In this document: positions 1 through 9,371 of the stretch, one piece after another
How positions within the stretch are numbered: position 1 is the stretch's first letter
Layout: the number at the start of each line of letters is the position of its first letter
The notes under the pieces: model-generated
What the model saw: the letters and a program-made list of their open reading frames with translations, nothing else
Database searches by the model: none
What the model was told of the DNA's origin: nothing
NCBI GenBank assembly: GCA_035285545.1
Contig: JAYKGY010000128.1
Coordinates: 1 to 64,000, forward strand
Length of the DNA: 64,000 nt
Reading direction: 5' to 3'
DNA from: Snowella sp.
GTDB taxonomy: Bacteria > Cyanobacteriota > Cyanobacteriia > Cyanobacteriales > Microcystaceae
Made by a program: the position numbers and the translations under genes

Positions 1-25
1 GCCTGGACGTTTTAAGGATTTTTGG

Positions 26-232
26 TTAGATTGAAACGTCAAAAATTTCTCTGAAACCTTTGCCAGCACTTGAATCTGGCTTTTGAGTGGCACTTCGTTG
101 CAGCTTCGCTACCTTTACCCCAATTAATCCTAATTGCTTTTCCAACCAATAGGCGTGATCCTCTTCCATTTGCAAACCTTTCGAGGAGTGAAGGAAAGCC
201 ATTATCTTATGTTCTCCTTGGGCAAACATCAA
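26..232 (-). pseudogene. Short ORF containing a bacterioferritin C-terminal-like fragment
   Basis: Internal MEEDHAYWLEKQLGLIG resembles the Bfr helix D EExH..WLE.QL.LI motif; flanking residues are not Bfr-like. Confidence 0.45.
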
Positions 233-233
233 G

Positions 234-251
234 TTTCATAATTTTTTCATA
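234..251 (-). promoter_or_regulatory. Putative ManR box (reverse orientation)
   Basis: Reverse complement TATGAAAAAATTATGAAA: TATGA direct repeat at 11-bp spacing, upstream of mntCAB. Confidence 0.65.
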
Positions 252-279
252 ATTTACCCCAGTATGTTAGAGTGAAGAT

Positions 280-298
280 TATGAGATAAATATGAGAA
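280..298 (+). promoter_or_regulatory. Putative ManR box
   Basis: TATGAGATAAATATGAGAA, close to the cyanobacterial ManR direct repeat as I recall it (TATGAAAAGAATATGAGAA); 8 bp before mntC start. Confidence 0.75.
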
Positions 299-306
299 AT
301 CGTTAG

Positions 307-1272
307 ATGCCGCAAAATTGTCAAGTTTCCCGATCCTGGCGTTACCTGTTGGGGATAGCCCTGATGATGCTGTCGGCTTGCCAAGCACCTTCTCCTGTTC
401 CTTTAACGATCGCGTCTCCTGATGCTTCGACTCCTGAGAGAACAGCAAATCAAAAAACCGTTTTAACCACGTTTACGGTCTTGGCCGATATGGCTCAAAA
501 CGTCGCCGGCGATCGCCTTGTTGTGACCTCTTTAGTCAAACCCGGCGCAGAAATTCACGGTTACGAACCCACCCCCCAGGATTTGCAACGGGGAGAAAAC
601 GCCATCTTGATCCTAGATAATGGCTTAAATCTCGAACGATGGTCTCAGAAATATCTCCAAAATTTCCCCAATGTTCCCCATAAAACCCTCAGCCAAGGCG
701 TTACGCCCCTTTTAATTTCCTCTGATCGCTATCAAGGGAAACCAAACCCCCACGCCTGGATGTCTCCTCAAAACGCTCTAATTTACATTGACAATATCCG
801 TCAGGCATTCACTGAATTAGATCCCGAAAATGCTTCATTCTATGCTCAAAATGCCCGAACTTACCAAGAAAAAATTAAAGCCTTGGATGAACGATTACAA
901 CAAGCCATTGCCCAAATTCCTGAAAATAAACGTTTTTTAGTGAGTTGTGAGGGAGCTTTTTCCTATTTAGCCAAAGATTATGGATTACAGGAAATTTATC
1001 TATGGCCCATTAATGCAGAACGACAAGCCACCCCCCAACAAGTGGCCAAGGTGATCGAACAAGTGAGAAAAAATCAAATTCCGACAGTTTTTTGTGAAAG
1101 TACGGTCAATGATCAGGCCCAACGTCAAGTTGCTCAGGAAAGTGGTGCTCAGTATGGGGGCGTTTTTTATGTGGATTCCCTTTCTCCTCCCCAGGGCCCT
1201 GCTCCGACCTATTTACAACTGCTAGAACACAATATTGAGACCTTAATTCAGGGGTTAAATTCTCCTGCTTAG
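307..1272 (+). CDS. mntC: Mn2+ ABC transporter substrate-binding lipoprotein
   Basis: Lipobox LSAC; cluster A-I ligands EIHGYEP, NPHAWMSP, CEGAF, YVDSL; operon with ATPase and permease. Confidence 0.92.
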   Translation: MPQNCQVSRSWRYLLGIALMMLSACQAPSPVPLTIASPDASTPERTANQKTVLTTFTVLADMAQNVAGDRLVVTSLVKPGAEIHGYEPTPQDLQRGENAILILDNGLNLERWSQKYLQNFPNVPHKTLSQGVTPLLISSDRYQGKPNPHAWMSPQNALIYIDNIRQAFTELDPENASFYAQNARTYQEKIKALDERLQQAIAQIPENKRFLVSCEGAFSYLAKDYGLQEIYLWPINAERQATPQQVAKVIEQVRKNQIPTVFCESTVNDQAQRQVAQESGAQYGGVFYVDSLSPPQGPAPTYLQLLEHNIETLIQGLNSPA

Positions 1273-1416
1273 CGGTTTGTTGATTGTGTCGTTACCTCAG
1301 TTTTAACAAGCATCGACGAACCCGCGATCACGCCGAAACCGTCCCCTTAACGAACCGATGTTTAATTTTATTTTCAATTTTGATGAAACCGTTTTGACCT
1401 CCTACTTTTAATTCCA

Positions 1417-2235
1417 TTGAGTATTAGCCCTATGAATTTTAGTATTTCTCTGCAAAACCTCACCGTTTCCTATCATGGGAATCTCGCGCTTCAGGTGCCA
1501 TCTTTGGACATTGCTCAGGGATCTATCTGTGGACTGGTGGGAATGAATGGGGCAGGAAAATCGACGTTGTTTAAAGCCTTGATGGGATTGGTTCGGCTGC
1601 AATCGGGGCAGGTTTCTATTTATGATCGTCCTAGCCACGATGCCCAAAAACAAAACCGAATTGCCTATATGTCTCAAACCGAAGAAGTGGATTGGCAGTT
1701 TCCCATCAGTGTCGAAGAGGTGGTGATGATGGGTCGCTATGGGTATTTAAACTTTCTGAGAATTCCTCGGTCATTGGATCGGGCCATTGTCCGCAAAAGT
1801 CTAGAGCAAGTGGAGCTTTGGTCGTTACGTCATCGACAAATTGGAGAACTATCGGGGGGACAAAAAAAACGGACATTTCTCGCTAGGGCGATCGCGCAAA
1901 TTATGACCCTCAATCAATCGCCGCGTCCCTCAATTTTGTTATTGGATGAACCCTTTAGCGGTGTGGATATTAAAACGGAAAAAATGATGATTGAGCGGTT
2001 ATTAGAACTCCAAAATCAAGGCCATACGATTCTGATTTCGACCCATAGCCTAGATTCCATTAAAACCTTTTGTAATCAGGTCATTTTGATTAATCGTACC
2101 CTGTTGGCCTACGGAGACACCTCAACTGTCTTTACCCCTGAAAATTTACAACGGGCTTTTAGCAGTTCAGAACGTCCCCATTCATCCCCGACCTCCTGGC
2201 TGAGCCTCAATCGGGAGGTGATGCAATGGAGTTAA
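1417..2235 (+). CDS. mntA: Mn2+ ABC transporter ATP-binding protein (ATG at 1432 is an alternative start)
   Basis: Walker A GMNGAGKST, LSGGQ signature, Walker B LLLDEP. Confidence 0.92.
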   Translation: MSISPMNFSISLQNLTVSYHGNLALQVPSLDIAQGSICGLVGMNGAGKSTLFKALMGLVRLQSGQVSIYDRPSHDAQKQNRIAYMSQTEEVDWQFPISVEEVVMMGRYGYLNFLRIPRSLDRAIVRKSLEQVELWSLRHRQIGELSGGQKKRTFLARAIAQIMTLNQSPRPSILLLDEPFSGVDIKTEKMMIERLLELQNQGHTILISTHSLDSIKTFCNQVILINRTLLAYGDTSTVFTPENLQRAFSSSERPHSSPTSWLSLNREVMQWS

Positions 2236-3065
2236 TGCAAGGGTTAATCGCTCCTTTTCAATATGCCTTCATGCTCAAAGCCTTGGGGATTAGTGCCTTA
2301 GTGGGAATGGTCTGTGCGGCTCTGTCTTGTTTTATTACCCTCAAAGGGTGGGCCTTAATGGGGGATGCGGTTTCCCATGCCGTTATGCCAGGCGTTGTCC
2401 TAGCCTACGTTTTTAATTTACCGTTTGCGTTAGGAGCCTTTGTTTTTGGATTAACTTCCGTTTGGCTCATTGGTTTTATTCAAGAACAAACCCGCGTCAA
2501 GGAAGATACGGTGATTGGGATCGTTTTTACGGGCTTTTTTGCATTTGGATTGATTTTAATTTCTAAGGTTCGTAGTTCAATTGATTTAACCCATATTTTA
2601 TTTGGCAATGTTTTAGGGATTTCTAATGGTGATTTAATTCAAACGGGGATCGTCAGCGTGATCACCCTGGTTATCTTGATGGTGCTACGGAAAGACCTTT
2701 TTTTATTTTGTTTTGATCCGATCCATGCCCGTTCGATTGGGTTAAATACGACTTTTTTGTACTATACCTTGTTAACTTTATTGTCTTTAACGGCTGTTGC
2801 GAGTTTACAAACCGTTGGCATTATTCTCGTGGTTGCCATGTTGATTACCCCAGGGGCAACGGCCTATTTACTCTGCGATCGCTTTGATCAGATGATAGGG
2901 ATCGCCCTCATTTCGGGGGTCTTTTCCAGCGTGGTCGGCACCTACCTGAGTTATTATTTGGACGGATCTACGGGGGGCTGTATTGTGGTTTTACAAACGC
3001 TCTTATTTGCATTAGCAATGATTTTTGCCCCCAAACACGGTATTTTAGCGAAACGAAAATCCTAG
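2226..3065 (+). CDS. mntB: Mn2+ ABC transporter permease
   Basis: ABC-3 motif GDAVSHAVMPG; multiple TM helices; overlaps mntA. Confidence 0.92.
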   Translation: MELMQGLIAPFQYAFMLKALGISALVGMVCAALSCFITLKGWALMGDAVSHAVMPGVVLAYVFNLPFALGAFVFGLTSVWLIGFIQEQTRVKEDTVIGIVFTGFFAFGLILISKVRSSIDLTHILFGNVLGISNGDLIQTGIVSVITLVILMVLRKDLFLFCFDPIHARSIGLNTTFLYYTLLTLLSLTAVASLQTVGIILVVAMLITPGATAYLLCDRFDQMIGIALISGVFSSVVGTYLSYYLDGSTGGCIVVLQTLLFALAMIFAPKHGILAKRKS

Positions 3066-3066
3066 A

Positions 3067-3264
3067 TTATTGAGCAACTTCATGGCCCGCTTCAGTAATG
3101 GCTTGTTTAATGGCTGCTTCAGAAGCCGCTGTTTTGACCGTAACGAGCTTGGTTGGAACATCGACATCCACTTGGGCATCTGGAAATTGTTGTTGAATGG
3201 CGTTGGTAATGGCGGTTGCACACGCATCACAGGCAATACTCGAAACGGTTAATTGAACTGACAT
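3067..3264 (-). CDS. atx1: Copper metallochaperone (HMA domain, Atx1/CopZ)
   Basis: IACDAC CxxC motif, 65 aa, C-terminal AGHEV His typical of cyanobacterial Atx1. Confidence 0.88.
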   Translation of the reverse strand: MSVQLTVSSIACDACATAITNAIQQQFPDAQVDVDVPTKLVTVKTAASEAAIKQAITEAGHEVAQ

Positions 3265-3320
3265 AACAAATTTTCACAAAAGCAAAATGAATTGACAATT
3301 TGGGCGATCGCAACGGGCGG

Positions 3321-3572
3321 CTACCATTTAAGGACAGAAGCCTCTTCCCCCTGTTCTCGCTTGATCTTAGCATCTTTCTCAAACCAGGCAATGACCTGCC
3401 GATGGGTTAGTTCTTCGATGGGAATCCCTGCATCTTTCGCAATGACTATCAGCAACCGTAAGGAAGAAATCGTCAAACGAGTTAGAAATTTCTCCGATTG
3501 GCTTAGTAAGGCGGCATCCACATCAGCAGATTCCGCTTCAGTCAAAAATTGGCTAGATTGGGGATTGATCAT
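3321..3572 (-). CDS. Conserved cyanobacterial hypothetical protein
   Basis: 83-aa ORF with natural composition (ALLSQSEKFLTRLTISSLRLL), co-oriented with atx1. Confidence 0.75.
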   Translation of the reverse strand: MINPQSSQFLTEAESADVDAALLSQSEKFLTRLTISSLRLLIVIAKDAGIPIEELTHRQVIAWFEKDAKIKREQGEEASVLKW

Positions 3573-3945
3573 GATGAATTTTTGTTAACTCATTATCTTA
3601 ACTTAATCCTTAAGTATATCGGCGATCGCGAACCGATCAAATCCCGACTCAGAAGGTTAAGAAATCTGTCCAATTGGTGTTTGCAGTGGTTTTGAGTATT
3701 TTAAGTGCTTTAGACGATCACTCCGTCAACCTATCGAGCCAGCAAAAAGACTTAAGGGAAATCCCTTAGAAGTTAAAATGATATAAGTAGCACTACTTGA
3801 GTAGTTTAACGGAAGAAAAGTAATTTTTTCTGGATGAGAATAGCCCTATTGATAGATAATCGTTTTTTAAAGTGATTAATTTATTAATTTTGAGAGTATT
3901 GAAAATTCTTAAAATTAACCATCGAACGTCTGAGAGGAAGAAAAA

Positions 3946-4137
3946 ATGCTTAACTTAAATTCTTTACCCCAAAACAACTCATCTGAATCCTTAATCGCCG
4001 TAGATACCGAAATTCCAGTATCTTCTAACCAGCCGACGCTAGACCCACCGACAAAAAAAACTCAATCTTCTGACGGTTTCTTCAGTAATTTGTCCAAAGT
4101 GTTTAAACTGGCTTTTTCATCTATTGATGATATTTAG
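3946..4137 (+). CDS. Small hypothetical protein
   Basis: ATG preceded by GAGAGGAAG; fills the intergenic gap; amphipathic C-terminus. Confidence 0.55.
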   Translation: MLNLNSLPQNNSSESLIAVDTEIPVSSNQPTLDPPTKKTQSSDGFFSNLSKVFKLAFSSIDDI

Positions 4138-4198
4138 CCAATTCATTCAAAACCAGCATGAGTTAACGCTTTCTGAGGAGAGGGAGTTCGACGGTCGC

Positions 4199-5989
4199 CT
4201 AGCTACTCCGCTTCCATTGGGAAATATTCCAGGTATTGCGATCCCAAGGCGTTAAATCTACCCCGCTTAAACGATTACTGACACCGACCACATCCGCCCG
4301 ATGTACTAACGGGATTAAAATTGCATTTTGAATTAATAAATCATTCATTTGAATAAATAACTGTTGGCGTTTTTTAGGGTCTAATTCCCGTTGAGAGCGT
4401 TGCCAGAGTTGATCGTATTCAGGGTTGCAATGACGACCGTAGTTATCCCCTGCCCAATTATTGGCTTGGGTGGGAATAGCTGCACAGGTAAAGGTTTTCA
4501 TATACTTTCCGGGATCGGGGCTAGAATTTCCGGTGGTGTACATTTGCAAATCCGCATTAAACCGCTCGACTGTATCCGTATTGGCAGGATCGCTGGAGAA
4601 AAAGATACTGGCATCAATGCTTTTTAGCTCAACATTAACGCCTAAGCTTTGTAATCCTTGCTTGATCACTTGTTGGGTTTTCTGGCGCAGCGGGTTAACC
4701 GTCGTTTGAAATACCACATTCATTTCCACGCCCTTTTTATCCCGTATGCCATTCCCATTGGTATCTTTCCAGCCTGCTTCATCGAGTAAATTAGCCGCTT
4801 TTTTTAAATCAAATTCGTATTGAGTATGGGGGGAATCGTATTCTTTCGGGAGTAACAAAACATTACTGGTGGCTTGCCCGGTGATACCGTAGAGTTGTTG
4901 TGCGATGGTCTGGCGGTCTACGGCTAAGGTAAAGGCTTCTCGTACTTTTTTGTCTTCTAAAAACGGATGGGGCGTTACTTTCTTTGAGCCTTGAGGGGCG
5001 GCTTGAGCGCGATCGCTTAAATTCAAACTAATCCGCTCACTTAAGGAGCCTAAGTTTGCAAGGACTTGACCTTTCCCTGCGGCTTCTAATTCCTTGAGAA
5101 TGGGGGCTTCAACCTGTAAATTAAAGGCATAATCCGCATCATTGGTCTGTAAAACAGCTCTCGCCGCTGAGGTTGCATCTCCGCCGCCTTTAAGTTCAAT
5201 CCGTTGAAATCCTAACGTTTTAGCCTCTCGGAAATGGGGATTGGGTTCATAAATTACGATGTCTCCTGGTTTGAATTGAACGACTTTATAGGGCCCGGTT
5301 CCGACAGGTAATAAATTAGCAGGGGCTTGTCGTGCCTTTTCGCCGCTATATTGGGCAAATTGATGACGGGGTAAGATAACGCCTTCACTACCGACAAAGG
5401 GCAGAAACCAAGCCGGATTCGCTTCTTTAAAGGTAATTTTGACGCGATCGCGATCGAGGGCTTCAACTTGTTTAACCGCTTCATAGGTTCCCGCACTGGT
5501 AGAACCGACTTTGGGATTGGTAATAAATTGGTAAGTAAAAACCACATCTTGGGCTGTAAAAGGTGTGCCGTCTGACCATTTAATATCTGATCTGAGTTTC
5601 CAGATCACCGATTTACCATCTTTACTTAACCCCCCGTTGGCTAAAGAAGGGATTTCTGCGGCGAGAAAAGGGATCAGTTGACCGTTTTTGTCAAAAGTGG
5701 CTAAGGGTTCTAAGGTAATGCGGCTGGCTTCTGCATCTTTAAAGCCGGTGGATAAATGGGGGTTTAAAATAGTCGGGGCTTGCCAAGATAGTAGCTTGAG
5801 GGTTTGGGCGTTATTGGCGGTAGAGGATGGAGAGGGAGGGCTGACAGAAGCAGATTGGCATCCTAGCAAGAGGAAGGGCAAGATACTGAAACTTAAAAAA
5901 GCTCGATATAATCCAGAGAAACGGCTATACATTAATTTTGGGGTCACTGCTCTGTTTACTTGTTTGGTCTGCTGACGGTCAAGTCCCAC
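4199..5989 (-). CDS. Peptide/nickel ABC transporter substrate-binding lipoprotein (family 5); start possibly ATG 5932
   Basis: Lipobox LLLGC; KWSDGTPFTAQDV and GTGPYKV SBP_bac_5 motifs. Confidence 0.9.
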   Translation of the reverse strand: MGLDRQQTKQVNRAVTPKLMYSRFSGLYRAFLSFSILPFLLLGCQSASVSPPSPSSTANNAQTLKLLSWQAPTILNPHLSTGFKDAEASRITLEPLATFDKNGQLIPFLAAEIPSLANGGLSKDGKSVIWKLRSDIKWSDGTPFTAQDVVFTYQFITNPKVGSTSAGTYEAVKQVEALDRDRVKITFKEANPAWFLPFVGSEGVILPRHQFAQYSGEKARQAPANLLPVGTGPYKVVQFKPGDIVIYEPNPHFREAKTLGFQRIELKGGGDATSAARAVLQTNDADYAFNLQVEAPILKELEAAGKGQVLANLGSLSERISLNLSDRAQAAPQGSKKVTPHPFLEDKKVREAFTLAVDRQTIAQQLYGITGQATSNVLLLPKEYDSPHTQYEFDLKKAANLLDEAGWKDTNGNGIRDKKGVEMNVVFQTTVNPLRQKTQQVIKQGLQSLGVNVELKSIDASIFFSSDPANTDTVERFNADLQMYTTGNSSPDPGKYMKTFTCAAIPTQANNWAGDNYGRHCNPEYDQLWQRSQRELDPKKRQQLFIQMNDLLIQNAILIPLVHRADVVGVSNRLSGVDLTPWDRNTWNISQWKRSS

Positions 5990-6044
5990 TTTATCGCAGT
6001 TTGAAATTCGATAATACTGTATTTATTTGTGATTAATCAATCAA

Positions 6045-6461
6045 ATGGAAACGATTGTTCAATTAAGGGCCGCTAAAATTCCATTTTTAGGCAAAATTGC
6101 GGTTCATTACTGGTACGCTGTTTTACGAGGCAATCAAGCAACCCGTTGGGAAGTCTGGCAAACGCCCTATTTGTGTCAAGAAAGTTGGGGGCATTTACAT
6201 AAAAACCTGATGCCGATTGAATGCGGAGTCGGAAATGGGGACAGTTGGTTAGCCACCCAATGGACGGAGGAAATGGCGATCCGATTAGCAGAAATTATTG
6301 AAAATACGCCTGAAACCTACCCCTATAAATACGTATACCGTTATTTTCCTGGCCCCAATAGTAACACCTATGTCCAATGGATTTTAAATCAAGCAAACTG
6401 TGATTATGGTTTAAGTATTCGGGGAATTGGTAAACATTATAAAAAATTCTTTTTTATCTAA
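6045..6461 (+). CDS. DUF3750-like protein
   Basis: AVHYWY...RWEVW...YPY.Y...PGPNSNTY motif pattern. Confidence 0.7.
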   Translation: METIVQLRAAKIPFLGKIAVHYWYAVLRGNQATRWEVWQTPYLCQESWGHLHKNLMPIECGVGNGDSWLATQWTEEMAIRLAEIIENTPETYPYKYVYRYFPGPNSNTYVQWILNQANCDYGLSIRGIGKHYKKFFFI

Positions 6462-6579
6462 AAAAATCCTCCCTTAAGGTTACAAAACAGGAGGCACTTT
6501 AAAACGTCAATTTATTGAAGACCGTAGCGGTTCTCAAAAGTATAGATAGAAACTGCTTGGTGAGGTCAATTAAAACTAG

Positions 6580-6858
6580 CTAGGATTGTTTATTTTGGTT
6601 GGTTTGAGAGGATTGTTCCTGTTGATAAGCAGATTGGTCTTGCTTTCCCCCAGAGTTGTTATAGTCGGCCTTTTTTTCTTCGGATTGTTGGCTTTTATAA
6701 CTAGCTTGATAATCGGATTGAGAATTTTGATTATCTTGTTTGTAGGTACTTTCTTGGGAGTAACTTTGATTTCCTGCGGCTAAAGCAATGGGAGTTAGCA
6801 TAAAGCTAAAACAAGCGATCGTAATAATTAGAATAAATTGGGTAATCTTTCCGAGCAT
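6580..6858 (-). CDS. Small secreted Gln/Ser-rich protein
   Basis: N-terminal signal peptide ending ALA; low-complexity polar mature part. Confidence 0.7.
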   Translation of the reverse strand: MLGKITQFILIITIACFSFMLTPIALAAGNQSYSQESTYKQDNQNSQSDYQASYKSQQSEEKKADYNNSGGKQDQSAYQQEQSSQTNQNKQS

Positions 6859-7050
6859 AGTAAGCCTCTTTAAAATTTACTGGCTCATCATAAAATTTTT
6901 CCGTTATTTTTAACTGTACTTTGCATAACATTTCCTGATTTTCTTTAGGATGTTAAAAACAATTGATCCTATAAAATCAACCGTTTTAAAAATATCCTTT
7001 CAAATAGTTCAATTAATCCCATCGCTTATCGTTTTTTATTTTTATTACTG

Positions 7051-9009
7051 TTAAAGTTCCATTGAAAGCGGTTTGGCGTTGGGTTTATACCCGTTAACGG
7101 CTCGAAATGTATTTTCCAACCAATGGGGTAAACTGCCTAAGGCTTTAGCACGAGATTGAATTTCAATTTTGCCAAATACATCGTTATTGTCGGTGGGTTC
7201 ATTACCGGCATTTTGGGCTTTATTGCCTTGGAATTGGGGCAAGCTATTAACCGCAATCACTTGGGGCGTTTCGGTAACGCCTGCTTGGGTTTTAAGTTCA
7301 TCGGTCAGAATAAACAGTGCGCCGCCTTTGCCGAAACCTGGATGAGTCCCTGTTCCCGCGATCGCCGAGTTATTGATAAAGGTAGTCGTATCTAAAATTA
7401 AGCGACCCCCTTTAACAAAAATTGCTCCTCCTAACCCTGCGCCACCGCCCCCAAAACCGAGGCCCCCATTCCCTGCCCCAAAGCCGCCTTTTCCTGCCAT
7501 ACCGACCTGACCCGCAATGCCTCCATTTCCGCCGAAGCCCGCCGCACCGCCACCACCACCGAAGCCTCCATTCCCCCCATCGCCCCCATCTCCACCTTGA
7601 CCACAGAAGATCGGTAACATTTCAGCCTGAGAGGATTTTTGAGTCGATTTATTGAATAAAGGTTGGCTGTTGACTTTTTTCGGTAAAACTGGATTTAAGG
7701 ATTTTTGTCCCGTCGTCGGGCTGGGTTTAGCCATTGGTGTAGTTGGTTTCGCTTCTAGATCAAAGTTTTCATCTAAAGTTGCTTCTAAACCTGTCTCATC
7801 GTTGGAGCCATAACCCGCAGTTTGACTTGATTGAGGTTCTTCCGTTGTTGGAATGGTACACAAATTACCGCCATTACCCCCATTCCCCGCATTGCCAAAG
7901 CCACCAAAACCGCCCCCGCCCCCAAAGGCAATACTTCCAATCGTTCCAGTACCGCTATTGGTTCCAAAGCTTCCAAAATAGCCAACTCCGCCATCTCCTC
8001 CGTTCCCGCCATTACCCCCATTGCCGCCGTTTAATCCCCCATTACCCCCATTGCCCCCATTTCCCGCATTTCCAAAACCGCCGAAGCCCCCGCCTCCACC
8101 GAAAACAATACTACCAATCCCACTAATTCCAATTCCATTCACCCCCGCGATCGCGCCCCGATTGGCAAACAGTTCTCCCCCCTCGCTGGTAATATTAATT
8201 CCTTCTAAACTGAGACGATCCGTATCTAAACCACCTAACGTAATGCCATTAAAACCCGCCACGCCGCCCCGATTTACATAAAATTTTTCTTTGGATTGGG
8301 TGATAAAACTTTTAGTACGTTCCGTTGGGTTTTGCTGACTTCCGCTACCGCCAATGGCTTGATTATTCGCAAAAGTAACATTCGCCAGTTTGACTTTTCC
8401 GCCTTTCATCAACAAACCGCCCCCCATTCCCGCCGCACCACCACTGCCGTTTCTACCCGATTCTCCTTGGGCCAAACCGTCCACAATATTGACACTTTCG
8501 AGGGTGACATTCCCTTTTTCGATTTCTAACACCCGATAGGTTTTGTTCCCACTGATACTGTCGTCGCCATTTCCTAAAATCGTTAAATCGCTTTGAATGG
8601 CAGGAAGGGGACTGGTTAAAGTAATCACACCCTTGACTGACGATAAATCAATGACATCCAAATCCGCATTCAGATTGGCTTGATTAATCGCCCAACGCAA
8701 TGATCCTGAATTATCGCTATCTTCCGTCGTTGTAACGCTAATTTTTTGTGAAACATTGGAATAGGCTGCTAATGATTGATGGGAAAAGACGAGATGTGTT
8801 TCTGGTCTTAACGGATGAATTTGAACTGCTAATTCTTGAGCCTCGGCAACATCAGCTTCCGCGACAACGAACGGATTAATCTTTCCCAATGAAAATAAAT
8901 TAAAAAAAAGATTTAAACTAACAATTAAACAACCTAAAATAATGCTGCGACCAAGATAACTCAAAATTGAATTAAGCGTTAAGGATTTAAAATTAGCTAT
9001 TTTCATCAT
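7051..9009 (-). CDS. Large glycine-rich, probably exported protein (PE-PGRS-like Gly repeats, beta-helix-like flanks)
   Basis: Hydrophobic N-terminus; DNSGSLRWAINQAN motif; GNGG/GFGG repeats; GGAIF-type repeats; ATG at 9009 in frame with the 9054 ORF. Confidence 0.8.
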   Translation of the reverse strand: MMKIANFKSLTLNSILSYLGRSIILGCLIVSLNLFFNLFSLGKINPFVVAEADVAEAQELAVQIHPLRPETHLVFSHQSLAAYSNVSQKISVTTTEDSDNSGSLRWAINQANLNADLDVIDLSSVKGVITLTSPLPAIQSDLTILGNGDDSISGNKTYRVLEIEKGNVTLESVNIVDGLAQGESGRNGSGGAAGMGGGLLMKGGKVKLANVTFANNQAIGGSGSQQNPTERTKSFITQSKEKFYVNRGGVAGFNGITLGGLDTDRLSLEGINITSEGGELFANRGAIAGVNGIGISGIGSIVFGGGGGFGGFGNAGNGGNGGNGGLNGGNGGNGGNGGDGGVGYFGSFGTNSGTGTIGSIAFGGGGGFGGFGNAGNGGNGGNLCTIPTTEEPQSSQTAGYGSNDETGLEATLDENFDLEAKPTTPMAKPSPTTGQKSLNPVLPKKVNSQPLFNKSTQKSSQAEMLPIFCGQGGDGGDGGNGGFGGGGGAAGFGGNGGIAGQVGMAGKGGFGAGNGGLGFGGGGAGLGGAIFVKGGRLILDTTTFINNSAIAGTGTHPGFGKGGALFILTDELKTQAGVTETPQVIAVNSLPQFQGNKAQNAGNEPTDNNDVFGKIEIQSRAKALGSLPHWLENTFRAVNGYKPNAKPLSMEL

Positions 9010-9140
9010 CAAGTCTTCCCGTCCATAGCGCACACTAACGCAACAATAAAACACTTCCGCGGATTCATCAATCCCTCATCTCTATAAATTAATATTTTTT
9101 GCAGAATCCTATTTTTACATTCTCGAAATTCGATTTTATT

Positions 9141-9181
9141 GTGTATTTCGATACAAAAAAAAAGAATTAATCGTTTAGAAT
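9141..9181 (+). promoter_or_regulatory. Putative NtcA-activated promoter
   Basis: GTG-TATTTCGA-TAC (GT-N10-AC) at 9141-9154, then TAGAAT (-10, TAN3T) 21 nt later. Confidence 0.6.
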
Positions 9182-9371
9182 TTCACAGATAAAGTTTAGA
9201 AAAAATTTTATTCAATTGACCTTTAAGCAGTCGCTATTGAGTTCTTTGAGTAAAATAATTGTTTTGATTTCTCAAGGAACCGACTTCCGTTAATCGATTA
9301 ATTTCTACTGTTTAAATTTGGCTTGATAATAATTTTTTAATTCTAAAGATTATTTTTTTGTTAATTAATTC

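Noticed and set aside
7156..8529. Several overlapping His/Pro-rich ORFs around the glycine-rich gene
   Set aside because: Shadow frames of the GGN-rich minus-strand gene; their composition is explained by the Gly codons
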